Origin: Ginglymostoma cirratum
Taxonomy: Eukaryota
Direction of reading: 5' to 3'
NCBI GenBank assembly: GCA_024137785.1
Contig: JAHRHZ010000068.1
Span: 1,479,425-1,543,424, forward strand
Length of the DNA stretch: 64,000 bases
Positions 14,201 to 26,160 of this stretch are shown here, in pieces (position 1 is the first letter of the stretch; every line of letters starts with the position of its first letter). The position numbers were made by a program, and so were the translations under genes. The notes beneath the pieces were generated by a model. That model did not search any database. It was given only the letters and a program-made list of their open reading frames with translations, and had not been told where the DNA came from.

Positions 14201-17200
14201 ACTGTGGATGACTACAAGTATGTAAAAATGCAGTACTTTAATGGTACATATTTTCATGTGGCAGCTCTGTTGCCTTTCATTTTGCAGCTAATATGTCTAT
14301 TCTTATGAGTCATTTACTTCTTTAATTACCTTTTGGAACCGAGGCACCGTAATGTATTAATGCGAATGATTTTTACAGCCAGTTTATCATACAATGCCCC
14401 TGAAGTTGAAAGATATAATTGACTTGGAAGAGCAGCTCATGAATGAAACAGTATTTAGTTGACAGTTTCCTTGTAGTCTCAGATGGAGTTTAACAAATAT
14501 ATACAATGAAAAAAGAAGTAATGGAGTCAATTAAGGGACAAAAAAAAACAGGATCAGAGTCCCTAGTAAATTAGTAGAAATGAATTACTTTACACATTAT
14601 CTTACTTAAAGAAAGAGAAAATATTCATTACAGTTTGACATGTTTAGCATTGTGTATGCTTTGACCTTCTTAACCTTGTAGTACATGTTCCACGTACAAT
14701 AAGTGCATCAAGTAAATTAACAGATTATAGACAGTAAATGCATTTATAAAATCAAATCTTTATTAACCCATACAGCACTGATCTTAGTTATTTGCACATT
14801 ATATAGCAATGAAATAATGTAAGTATTTTCAATTTTCCAATGTAAGACACTGGCATTCAAAGCATGTTAAAACACTGATTTACTAATACTATTTTTTTTA
14901 AAGCAAGGTAACATTCATACTTTCAACTATGTCCAGTGTAATTCAGCTAACATAATGGAACTTTTCTTGCCATATGTTTCAAGATCGTGGTGAACAAGGT
15001 CAGGATGTCCAAACAAAGTACTGGTCTCCTGTAAACTGAACCTGTCAACTAGACATAGCTTTGCTGACCTACCCAGTGTGCAGGGCATTATCTGGTACCA
15101 GGCACTCGCTTCATTTACAGCTTACAGCAGGGGACCAGTGAAGGGGAAGATGTTTACTTGTCTTAAATTCCTTTCTCTAACTACAAATAATTTGCACAAA
15201 ACTCTTAAGCAGTTCATCAAATTACTTGAAAAAAACAAAATTTTTAAAAGTTGTACTTCCTAAATTGCAGTTTTATTTCTACTTTTAAATTATTTATCCA
15301 GAACTTCCAAGCTTTTGAATAGTGTAGTTTGCTTATATTTTACCTTTTATAATGGAGAAACATTTCTGTAAGAGGATAGAGAGAGCCTTATGGAGTGTTT
15401 TCATTAAGGTTTGCTAATAAAACAAAGGAAAAGGTGAAGAATGACCAATCCTTGTAAACATAATAGTTTATCAATAACAGGGGTAAATGTTTCGTTATTT
15501 GGCCTCCGTATTGTAAGACCAAAAACTATAATCCAAGCCTGAATCATGCGCATAAGAAGAAACAAAAAGATTTTCAATGAAAGTTAGTGAGGGATAACGT
15601 CTTTAGGTTGCCAGTCAGGAGAATCATTATCTTTGTGATATAATCTAAACACAATTTCCAGGAAAATGGCATCTAGCTATGAGACCAATGAAGAAAGTGA
15701 ACTGATCTGATACATGGGGGTGGATGCAATTTAAATTTAAAAGAAAAAGCAACAAAAACTGGTGATGCAAAACTAGTGATGTAGAAAGCCCATTGGATTA
15801 TTAGCAGCACAGGTTATTTGGTGTACCGTACTAAATGTGCAACAGTCCAATAGTGTTCCACTGACCATGCCTGGTAGCACTGACTTTTCTTGGTAATATA
15901 TTCTTGTTCATTTATTCATCCCAAGCCATGCGCTTGCTGATTTTTTTCCAGTTTATTTGTCAGTGTTGGCCTTGCTCTGATACTGAGAAGGACATGGTAG
16001 ATGCTTTCTTTCTAGCATTTGGTATCCCACTTGCCTACACTGGTTACTACTCCATCTGAGATTAGAAACATTATTATATTCATTTATGGCATGTAATATA
16101 TTGTTTTTGTTTGTTGCAGTAGGCTACACATTTGATATTTTGTTAAAGAATAAGCTAACGTAAGTGACAAATTTTTCAAAACTAGATTGACTTTAGATGG
16201 TAAGGTATAGCACTTTGTTAATGAGAATGATGGGTTTTCATTGCCAATAATAGTTTGCCTAATACCTCTAACTTTGACTTTTGTGATAAGCTTATATTTT
16301 TACTGAGTTTTTTCCCTTAGTACCTTTTTCTTCCATTTTTAAAGGCTTTCTTGGGAGCTTACTTGGTTGTTGGTATTATGAGTGAGGGGCAGGATTACTG
16401 GTCCAGATAGTCTTTTGATGTCTTTTTATTTTTCATACATTTATAAATGGTAATGTAAGATTTCCATTAGTAATATACGATACGTGTTGTTCTTGAATTT
16501 GGACTAGTTTTTAATTATTGGAATTTGAAAATGATGGTCCACATTTTGAAGATTTAAAAGTAGTAATTTTGTTTGTGAAGATTTGTATACGAATGCCTTT
16601 GCTGGATTTAAACACGTTTCAGACAAATTCTTTGGTTTAAACCATAATCTTCAAACGATAGTAGGATAGGATTTCTGATCTAAATGTCAAGTTCCCTTAT
16701 GTACTGAAGAAGTGTGAAACGCCTCAGAAAGTCAAGCAGATAACCTTGACATTTGGGACACAAGCTGCCAGGATGCAAAGCCATACTTTTAAAAAGAGGT
16801 ACATTAAGAGGTCACCTATTAGTGATGTTTTTGCTGACTGTCTGAAAGCTAGGCTTGCCTGTCTATTAAACTCCAACCATTGTGTAAACATTCCTCTGTT
16901 GTTCCTGGTCTCGACAATGGCCTAAGGGATCAGGTTTCACCTGCCTGCACATCTTCAAGCAATTATATCAATTAGTTTCAAGTCCATTTTCACATTCGAG
17001 GTCTAAAGTGGTATTCAAAATGAGGCGGCTATTATTAGGAAATTCAGAACAACCTTTAGTTCATAGAACAGAACATTTTATGGAAACAAGATGTTGGTTG
17101 AAATGCTGTCTTTTAAAAATATTTATCTCAGTTGCATGAAACAACATCACAATAGTATCTGACTGCAAAGTTATGATCAATTCAAACTGTTGTATGTGGA

Positions 17201-17603
17201 ACAGCTTTAAAGAAAAATGTGCCTTTTCTAATTAGTATTGTACCTAAAACAAAATTGCTTCATTCTACTACGCTGCATTCTTGGTCCAATGGGCTTTTTA
17301 TATTTCCAGGAATTAAGTTGGTAAATGAAGACTATTTAATTCATATTTTATATGTTAAATAAAAGGATTTCGTTGTGATGGTGGCTGTTATTGAAATAGA
17401 ATACCATAGCACTTCAAATCCCTTACTTCCATCAATATAGTTTAGTAACAGTAATTTGCACTGGTGACCCCTTCTAGGATGTCCAAATGCTTCTTTTTGA
17501 AATAGTCACTGTTCTAATGCGGACAACTATAGCACTTAATTTACACACAATAAGATTCCACAATTAACAATGAGTTAATTAACCAGATAGTTTATTCGAT
17601 CTG

Positions 17604-17733
17604 AGGTAACAAGGTGTGGAGCTGGATGAACACAGCAGGCCTAGCAGCATCAGAGGAGCAGGAAGGCTGACGTTTCGGGCCTAGATCCTGCTTCAGATTC
17701 TCCAGCATCTGCAGTTCCTACTATCTCTGAAAC
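17604..17733. mobile_element. Penelope-associated short element with internal inversion and 15-bp TSD
   Basis: The minus-strand body (CTGAAGCAGGATCTAGGCCCGAAACGTCAGCC...) is joined to the plus-strand tail. TSD agtttattcgatctg (17589-17603) / agtttatttgatctg (17734-17748). Confidence 0.8.
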
Positions 17734-20700
17734 AGTTTATTTGATCTGTTTGTTTCTGTAAACTTATTCCAGAAAGGTCACCAATTTTAATCATTTCTGT
17801 TACTTGATTTTACAAACACAATAAGTGAATTATTATTTGTAATCCTTGTGCTCTTTAACCTAAAACCACTCAGTTGATTTCAGGTATGCTATATCACAAC
17901 TGTCAAAACAAAACAGTTAACTGTCAATTGTACTTACATCTGTCATCAGTGCAAAGTCTTGTGGAGGTTACTTTGCACATTTGATCCCAAAGTGACCACC
18001 AGGTGAGATTTCAATCCAGGTTGGATTTTTAAAATAGGTATTGATTGATTTAGAGCATTGACACACAGGGGAACACTATTAGAGACTTGGGTAATCCTGG
18101 TCAGTATCACTTACCTCTCACTCATTGTTTACAGGGAAATATTAGAAGGTATCTGTGAGAAGATTGCTTGTCTATTCTCATGACTGGAACATGTTAAACT
18201 GAAATGATATTTAAAAGAGGGGACAGTAATGAAACTCACCAAGGGTCTTCGACTTGCATTAATATTTGCTCATCACAATATCTTCTGGGAAAATGTAATG
18301 CTCCAGATTTTCTGATCGGCTGATAGGCGGGAATTGGGAACCTTGTGGATTCCCAAGCATAGTAGACCTAAATGAATTGCCTGAGATATTGACAATTCCA
18401 CTGGGCATTTCCCCCAAACTCCAAAGAGCCATCTAAAGGTCTCATTTTAAATTGGAGAATTTCAAGAGTTCTGATGAAATCGAGTAGTTACTCAGGAGAA
18501 GTAAGACTGTTAAATGTATAGTCTAACCTTTGATCCCATACTCACGCACAACCAAATTTATCTCCTACCACTTACCTTTCCACCTGCTCTGGGCTTGACC
18601 CCCTTCACCTAGTTTTACAACTCCTGTCACACTGATACCCCTCCACCTGCACCAGACCCAAACCCTTTCACCTGCTCTAGACACTACCGCCCCTTCAGAC
18701 GTGGGATCTGACCCCTTTCCCTGTTTATCCCTGTCTTTGGACAACTTGAGGCCCTTTGCTTACAATTAGTTTCATTTAACTGTCACTGCTATTCAATTTT
18801 TTGTTCAGCCTCAGTATTTCTCAAGTGGACCAAGCAAACAGTGTTTGTGGGCTTCCTTCATTCTTGTTCTTAAATGCAGTGAATTATCAATGGTTCCCTG
18901 AGCTTCTTCTTAGCCATGATTCGGTACAACACAGTCAATGACATTCGACCACCAACTGTTAAGTTTTCAGAACTTTTCCTGAACCCTGACTGCCTGGAGA
19001 CTGCTAATAGTAGCACCACTGCTGGACAGGATCCTCTTTGCTGTGCTCTGAAACCTATGACTGATAAGTGGCCCAAAGGTAGCAGCCTCCTGCTTTGACT
19101 GCCTCTAACCAACTGCCTGGTTGTCATGGGTTCCCCTTCCGATCACTCCCTGGTCTTCTTTTCATCCTAGAATCCACAGTACAAATGCGTTTGATGCTAT
19201 GAACATGACATGTTTCTCACATGTACCAGAACTCCCAGGCCATGTTGGAAATTGTTGATCACAGGCATCATGGCAACACCGTGATGAAGCATTTGCCTCA
19301 GCCTCCCAAAACATGTTATAATTTCTTCAAAAATCATTTTTTCAATCTCACTCCTTAATCTTGTTATAATGATGATCTCTTGACGCTATTCTACCAAAAT
19401 TTTCATGATGTTAAAAATGTGTTAAATCTCATATAATCCTTTTCATCTTCAATGGAAATTTTCATGTGCCACAATTTTCTTTTAAATTGTTTGCTATTGT
19501 TTACTATTTCTAACACGATTTTGGTGAATTTAGCTATATAGCTCCCACTGGTCTTTATATAGTGGGGTACGCAAACTAAACATGCAAATTGAATTGTAGT
19601 TTACCAATGTTTTGTATAAATTTCTATTTATTTGTTGATTGTTATGCTTTATGCTTTAACAGTAAAATCCAAAATGTTGGCCCTTGTATCCGTGTTATTA
19701 ACCATTCCACTAATTTGTCTATATCTTCTTTATATCTTTTACTGTCTTTTAAATCGTTTACTGAATCTCTATTTCTCATGTTAACAGCAAATTTGACAAT
19801 TATATTCACAAGCACAAAGATTTGTACATGTGAGAGCAAAATAAAATAAAAATGGAACATGCAATAATCCCCTAATGTACACCACATCTTTCTGTTCAAG
19901 CCAGTTAGTCATACATTTTCATCATTCAGTTTTCAATCATACTCATATATCTCTTGTGCCATACACCTGAATTTTTCCAGTAATCCTCTTGTGAGATGTC
20001 TTAATGAGTAGCTTCTGAGGCACCCATGCACTGATTAGTTTTATTTCTGTTTCTTTGCTAATGTTATTTAAGAAATTAGCAAGTGTAAAGTTGCGGAGTC
20101 TGCCTAATACTCATCCTGACATTTTCACAAAGAGTAAATGGTGAAAATGAACTGCACTAAAACAAAAGCAAAATACAATGTATATTTCTGTGATACTAGT
20201 TATTAATTGGAGTAAGTGCAGTAGGTAGTGATTGCTCAATTTACGTATAAATGCTTTCACGATGTTGGCTGTTGTGTTTAGTAATACTCCAATATGGTGT
20301 GATGTTTGTAGTAAAACAGCAGATGATGAATTGGTGAAAACAATGCACATATTCTGAAGAGGCACATTTTAATGTGTCTTTTGGATCAATGATAATATGC
20401 ACAAATGCTGCTAACATATAGTAATTCTGAGTTAATAAGTTATTTCCTCGTTCCTTTCTCATTCTGTGGTCAAGGTACAGACATGCACTCACCCAAAATG
20501 TTCTTAACAGTTGTTGCCTATTTTGAGCAATGGTTAGTATGGCACTTGGCAGACCTCTTCAATTTTGTTCCCTCCCTAAGAGGAGTTTCCTCCTTTTGTA
20601 TCTGAAATATTGACTCAGTGTGAAGGATAGCAATGTAAGTTCAGCATCCTTTGGCCTACTCACATTTTGTTGAATTTTTCAGGGGGCTGCAATATAATCA

Positions 20701-21509
20701 TAGTGAAGATAGTAAAGCTAACGGTTGGCATGTGCATGAAGTCACAAAAATGAGGTTTGAGATTTTTATGTTTTGGGATTGTGTTTTTAATTTAGCAAAG
20801 ATGAAGGGAGTTACGTGAACCGTTTTGAAGTTTGCCTGACTACAGGGCTCAGTGGTGTGGCTGTTTGAAAATTAAAGTGATACCAAGCTTGTATCAAGCC
20901 ATGCCAAGCTTCTGTGTTGGATTGTCTTTTTTGAGTCCGAGATATAAGAGCATTGGACTGTAATGGAGAACTAAGCAACATTTCTACAGGATACAAGGCC
21001 TGCGTGATGGGCTGGCATGAAGAGCGGATGGTTTCTAGGATATTCTTGAACTCAGTCAGACCAGTCAGTCTGGCAGGATTTGGGAGAGCGCGAGAGCATT
21101 TACAGACCACAAAACTCTGTGGTTCACCATGCAAGTCTGTGTGGGAGCTTGTGCTTGGGTTGAAATGACCTGATTCACGAGGAGGTAAAACAATGCTGGA
21201 AGATTTTCTTAATCTGTGTAACGGAAGAATTTCTGGAAAAGAAAGTTCACAATAAAAGCCAATAAAAGCCAAAACAGAAGCAAAATCCCAGGATCTAAGA
21301 ATCACCTTGCGCTGGTTCCAGCAGAAGTGAATATCTAAAGACTCTACAAAGGAGGTTTGTAAAGTGTGTTTTCAACAGTGCTAAAATTAAAAAAAACTGC
21401 TCTGCTTTATGGTGTTGAGCATAAATTGCACACACAAATTGTGTTTAGACAGAAGTGCTTTGCATGTTTTGTGAATATAAAAGTCTTAAATCAAGTAATT
21501 GTGTGATGC

Positions 21510-22204
21510 CGAGATAACAAGCATGGGGCTGGATGAACACAGCAGGTCAAGCAGCATCATAGGAGCAGGAAAACTTGACGTTTTGGGCCTAGACCCTTTT
21601 CTGATGAAGGGTCTAGGCCCGAAANNNNNNNNNNNNNNNNNNNNNNNNNNNNNNNNNNNNNNNNNNNNNNNNNNNNNNNNNNNNNNNNNNNNNNNNNNNN
21701 NNNNNNNNNNNNNNNNNNNNNNNNNNNNNNNNNNNNNNNNNNNNNNNNNNNNNNNNNNNNNNNNNNNNNNNNNNNNNNNNNNNNNNNNNNNNNNNNNNNN
21801 NNNNNNNNNNNNNNNNNNNNNNNNNNNNNNNNNNNNNNNNNNNNNNNNNNNNNNNNNNNNNNNNNNNNNNNNNNNNNNNNNNNNNNNNNNNNNNNNNNNN
21901 NNNNNNNNNNNNNNNNNNNNNNNNNNNNNNNNNNNNNNNNNNNNNNNNNNNNNNNNNNNNNNNNNNNNNNNNNNNNNNNNNNNNNNNNNNNNNNNNNNNN
22001 NNNNNNNNNNNNNNNNNNNNNNNNGCATCATAGGAGCAGGAAAACTTGACGTTTTGGGCCTAGACCCTTTTCTGATGAAGGGTCTAGGCCCGAAACGTCA
22101 AGTTTTCCTGCTCTTATGATGCTGCTTGACCTGCTGTGTTCATCCAGCCCCATGCTTGTTATCTCGGATTCTCCAGCATCTGCAGTACCTTTTATCTCTG
22201 ATAC
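21510..22204 (+). mobile_element. Palindromic Penelope-associated element with intact hammerhead core, spanning an assembly gap
   Basis: Inverted arms of about 90 bp. CTGATGA-AGGGTCTAGGCCC-GAAAC-GTC at 22072-22099. TSD aattgtgtgatgc at 21497-21509 and 22205-22217. Confidence 0.85.
21625..22024. other. Assembly gap (400 N)
   Basis: Run of N. Flanks 21554-21624 and 22025-22095 are identical. Confidence 0.99.
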
Positions 22205-22879
22205 AATTGTGTGATGCTGCCCTTTCATGATTATCTGGAAGTTTGAATTTTGTTTTAGAAAGTTACTGATCTCTACAGATGCAGCTGCAGATGCACTAGA
22301 TGTGTGTGTGCTTGCGCATCCCTGCAGCCAAGTAACCTTATAGAAGCAGGCAAGATGCAAGTGTTCCTGAGCTTCAAAATGAAGCTGTGAAGCGCGGAAG
22401 TGATGTGTAAGTTGGCCCGAAGGCAGCCGTAAGGATGTGGTGAGAACGGCCGTTTGCCAAGGCGTATTTGTGCAAGCAAAATGTTGAAAAGAAGTGTCCA
22501 TGGAGCAGGCAAGGAATGGTGGTGAAGGTGTAACTGGAAGAAGGGCTGAAGAAGCAAGCAGCAAGTTGCTGCCACCAACTTGTTGGGAATTGGTTGGAAT
22601 CTGGATTTTCAGGGAAGGAGGAAAGAATTGGAAGCCACATAGAAAGGAGGGGGAATTAGCTAATAATAAGTTTCAAATACAGTGGAAATAAAGTAGCTAA
22701 TGCTTAGTAGCAACATTTAGAACTTCCAGTTTAAATCTTAAGGGGAAAATCAGAAATAAGAAGTCTTTTTTTTTACTTTCACTTCTTAAACAGTTTTATG
22801 CCATTGCCCATGATTCTCAAGGGTGAAAATTTCCTCAAGAAAATTTCACTGTTGGAGTTTTGTTTTATTTCTCACTGGA

Positions 22880-24620
22880 ATGTGCTTTCTCTGAATGCTC
22901 TGAAATACCTCATTCACTGCATCTCTTTTGATGTATTCAATAACCTAACTTCCCAGTTCACTTCAACCAGCTCAGCCTTCATGCCTTCGTAATGGTCCTG
23001 ATTTAAATTTAAAGCGCTAATCTTAAATCGACTTTTCTCCTCCCTTAATCTGAATGTAGAATTCAATCATGTCATGACCACTATTAGCTAGAGGTGCCTT
23101 CACTGTTAGGTTATTAATTAACCCTTTCTCATTAAACCTTACTCGATCTAATATAGCCTGCTATTTGGTTGGCTGTAATGCGTGTTGCTCTGAGACCGTC
23201 CCAAAGATGCTCAGTGAATTCATATCTAGGCTGTTCTTGGCCTCATCCAGTCCATACATAGACTAAAATCACCCACAACATTTGCTGTACCTCTCTCACA
23301 AGCATTCTTTAGTTTTTCCTGTATACGCCATCTTGTGCTTACTACAAGGGAGCCTATATATGACTACCGCAAGTAACGTTTTATCATTATTATTGCTCAT
23401 CTTTACACAAATTGAGTTACAACTTGATCTCTGAACTATGTTAATTTCTCTTTATTGTACCGTTATCATTCTTAATTAACAGATGCATCCTCTGCTGTTT
23501 CCTAGTTTCCTGTCCTTCCATGTCTTCTACCCTCGAATATTCCAATCCCAGTCTGTCATCTTGGAGCCATGTCTCTGTAATGGCTACAAAGTCATACATA
23601 TGCAGTTCTCTTTGTGCTGTTTTGTAATGAATGCTGTGCATTTTCTGTCTTATTACTGTTTTTGAAACCTGTAAGCTTATGTGCTGGTGCATTCTTAGGT
23701 TTGTGTACTCTGTCCCTTCTTGCAATGTCCTGATCATAACTGCCTTATTGTTACCTTACGTTCCTTGCCTTGTTTTCTGTATTTAATTTATCACACATTC
23801 CCAAATTTGATCTTTTGCCACACTAATAGAGCTCTCTTTATTGCTGTCATTATACAGTTTACCAAAATATTGGTTCCATCATATTTTAAGTGAAGATCCT
23901 TCCAACAGTACAATTTCCACAGTTCCAGTGCCAGTGCCCCCTGAATTTTGGCCGGCAGGGTGGATCAGTGGCTAGCACTGCTGTCTCAAAGCACTATAGA
24001 CCCAGGTTAAATTCCACTGTCAGGTGGTTGTCTGTGTGGAGTTTGCACATTCTCCCTCTGTTTCCATGGGGTGCTTTGGTTTCCTCGAACAGTGCAAGTC
24101 AGGTGGATTGGCCATGCTAAATTGCCCCATAGTGTTCAGGGATGCATAGGTTAGGTGGGTAGCCATGAGAAATGCAGGGGTACAGGAGGAGGGTGAGTCT
24201 GGGTGAAATGCTGTTTGGAGAGTTCGTATGGACTTTTTGGGCCGAGTGGCCTGTTTCCACACTGTAGGGATTCTATGGAATTCTCTGGATTCTGTGGAAT
24301 GGAAACCCATTTATCCCACATCAATATTTTACCCACACATTTAATTCTCATTACGTTTGGCTTGGGCTAATTTGCTCATTGCTCAGCTTGCAATCCAGAG
24401 GTTTGATGTTATGCTTTTTAGTTTAGCCTCTGGGCTGCTCATACCCCTTGAACAGAATCTGTTTCTTGGTTCTGCCTACACCATTTGAATTTATATGGAC
24501 CATGGTAACTGGATCCTCCCCTTCCAGTATAAGTTGCCATCAACTCCAGAGTAGATGTCCCAAAACCTGCTCCCAAGTAGCCGACATATGTATTGGGTTG
24601 CAGAGAACCGTGTCACTTCC
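22880..24620 (-). mobile_element. Degraded CR1 LINE (ORF1 end and endonuclease region), interrupted by an HE1 SINE
   Basis: Minus ORF 23441-23737 contains YDFVAITETWL, the APE endonuclease motif. Flanks resemble the 39590-42990 copy. Confidence 0.65.
23951..24277 (+). mobile_element. HE1 SINE (V-SINE), full length
   Basis: tRNA-derived head (gtggatcagtggctagc...ggttaaattcc), V-domain tgtctgtgtggagtttgcacattctcc...ggtttcctc, gattggccatgctaaattgcccc, and HER1-type tail ggcctgtttccacactgtagggattctatg. Confidence 0.9.
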
Positions 24621-24804
24621 CTGTTTGTATTGTCCCTTACTATCACTACAGTTCTGGTTCTATAAAAACTGCTACAGTTTCCTGTCTCATAGTGCCATAG
24701 TCATTTTGCTTATCTAGCCTGAAATCACTACTTTCAACTAAATGGGATGTGAGAACGTCAGACTTGTTGACCAGTTAAAAAGACTTGAGGCTACTGCCCT
24801 TCTA

Positions 24805-26040
24805 CCTGCAAGGAAGAGGGTTGATGAGTGCAGAGTGGTGGATATGATCTTTATGCACTTAAGTAAGACATTTGACAAGGTCCCTCACGGTAGAGTGGTA
24901 AGCAAGGTTAGATCACACAGAATACAGGGAGAACTAGCTATTTGGATACAGTACTGGCTCAAAGGTAGAATACACGGGGTGGTGATGGAGGGTTGCTTTT
25001 CAGACTGGAAGCCTGTGACCAGCAGTGTGCAACTAGGATCGGTGCTGGGTCCACTGCTTTTTGTCATTGATATAAATGATTTGGATGTGAACATAGGAGG
25101 TATGGCTAATAAGTTTGCAGATGACACTAAAATGGGAGTTATAGTGGACAGCAAAGAAGGGTACCTCAGAGTACAGCGGGATCTTGATCAGTTGGGCCAA
25201 TGGGACAAGGAGCAGCAAGATGGAGTTTAATTTAGATAAATATGAGGGGTTGCATGTTGGAAAGGCAAATCAGGACAGGACTTATACACTTAATGGTAAG
25301 GTCCTAGGGAGTGTTGCTGAACAAAGACACCTTGGAGTGCAGGTTCATAATTCCTTGAAAGTGAAGTCACAGGTAGATAGGATAATGAACATGGTGTTTG
25401 GTATGCATGTCTTTATTGGTCAGTGCATTGAGTATTGGAGTTGGGTGGTGATGTTGCCGCTGTACAGGACTTTGGTTTGTCCACTTTTGGAGTACTGCAT
25501 AAAATTCTGGTCTCCCTGCTATGGGAAGGATGTTGTGAAACCAGAAAGGGTTCAAGAAATATTCATGAGGATATTGCCAGGGTTGGAGTGTTTGAGCTCT
25601 AAGGAGAGGCTGAGCAAGCTGGGGGCTATTTTCCCTGGAGCATCGAGGCTGACCTTATAGAAGTTTATAAAATCATGAGGGACAATGATAGGGAGAATAG
25701 CCAAGGTTTTTTTCCTAGAGTGGGGGAGTCCAAAACTAGAGAGGGCATAGGTTTAAGGTGAGAGGGGAAAGATATAAAAGGGATCTAAGTGGCAACTTTT
25801 TCACGCAGAAGGTGGCATGTGTATGGAATGAGCTGCCAGAAGTAGTGGTGGAGTCAGGTACAGTTACAACATTTAAAAGGCATCTGGATGGGTATATATG
25901 AATAGGAAGGCTTTAAAGGGATAATGGGCCAAATGCTGGCAAATGGGATTAGATTTATCTATGATATCTGGTTGGCATGGATGAGTTGGACCAAAGGGTC
26001 TGTTTCATGCTGTAAATCTCTATGACTCTATGACTGTATG
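24805..26040 (+). mobile_element. 5'-truncated HER1/CR1 LINE, RT C-terminal half plus 3' UTR
   Basis: ORFs 24742-25230 (KTFDKVPH, GSVLGPLLF, KFADDTK) and 25184-25660 (LYRTLVCPLLEYC) are joined by a frameshift. Ends in ctatgact tandem repeats. Confidence 0.95.
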
Positions 26041-26087
26041 TTGGGACCCACACCTGCCTCCTGTCGCTGATCACTGAATAAATCAGA

Positions 26088-26160
26088 AGACCATAAAGTA
26101 TAGGAGCAGAATTAGGCCATTTGGCCCATGAGTGTGCTCCGCCACTTGATTATGGCTCAT
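26088..26160 (-). repeat. CR1 3' end fragment
   Basis: agaccataaagtataggagcagaattaggccatttggccc matches the 3' end of the 28160 copy. Confidence 0.65.

Noticed and set aside
18840-19130. Possible further Harbinger fragments (also about 52250-53330, 61200-61560, 63400-64000)
   Set aside because: Composition suggests decayed DNA transposons, but the motifs are too degraded to call.
20811-21305. 164-aa minus-strand ORF
   Set aside because: Non-ATG start, no recognisable homology or splice structure; compatible with chance.
21486-22119. ORFs of 181 and 206 aa
   Set aside because: Artefacts of translating through the N gap and the palindromic repeat.
23951-24030. tRNA-like A/B boxes (also near 41590-41671 and 48830)
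   Set aside because: These are SINE heads followed by SINE bodies, with no intact cloverleaf.
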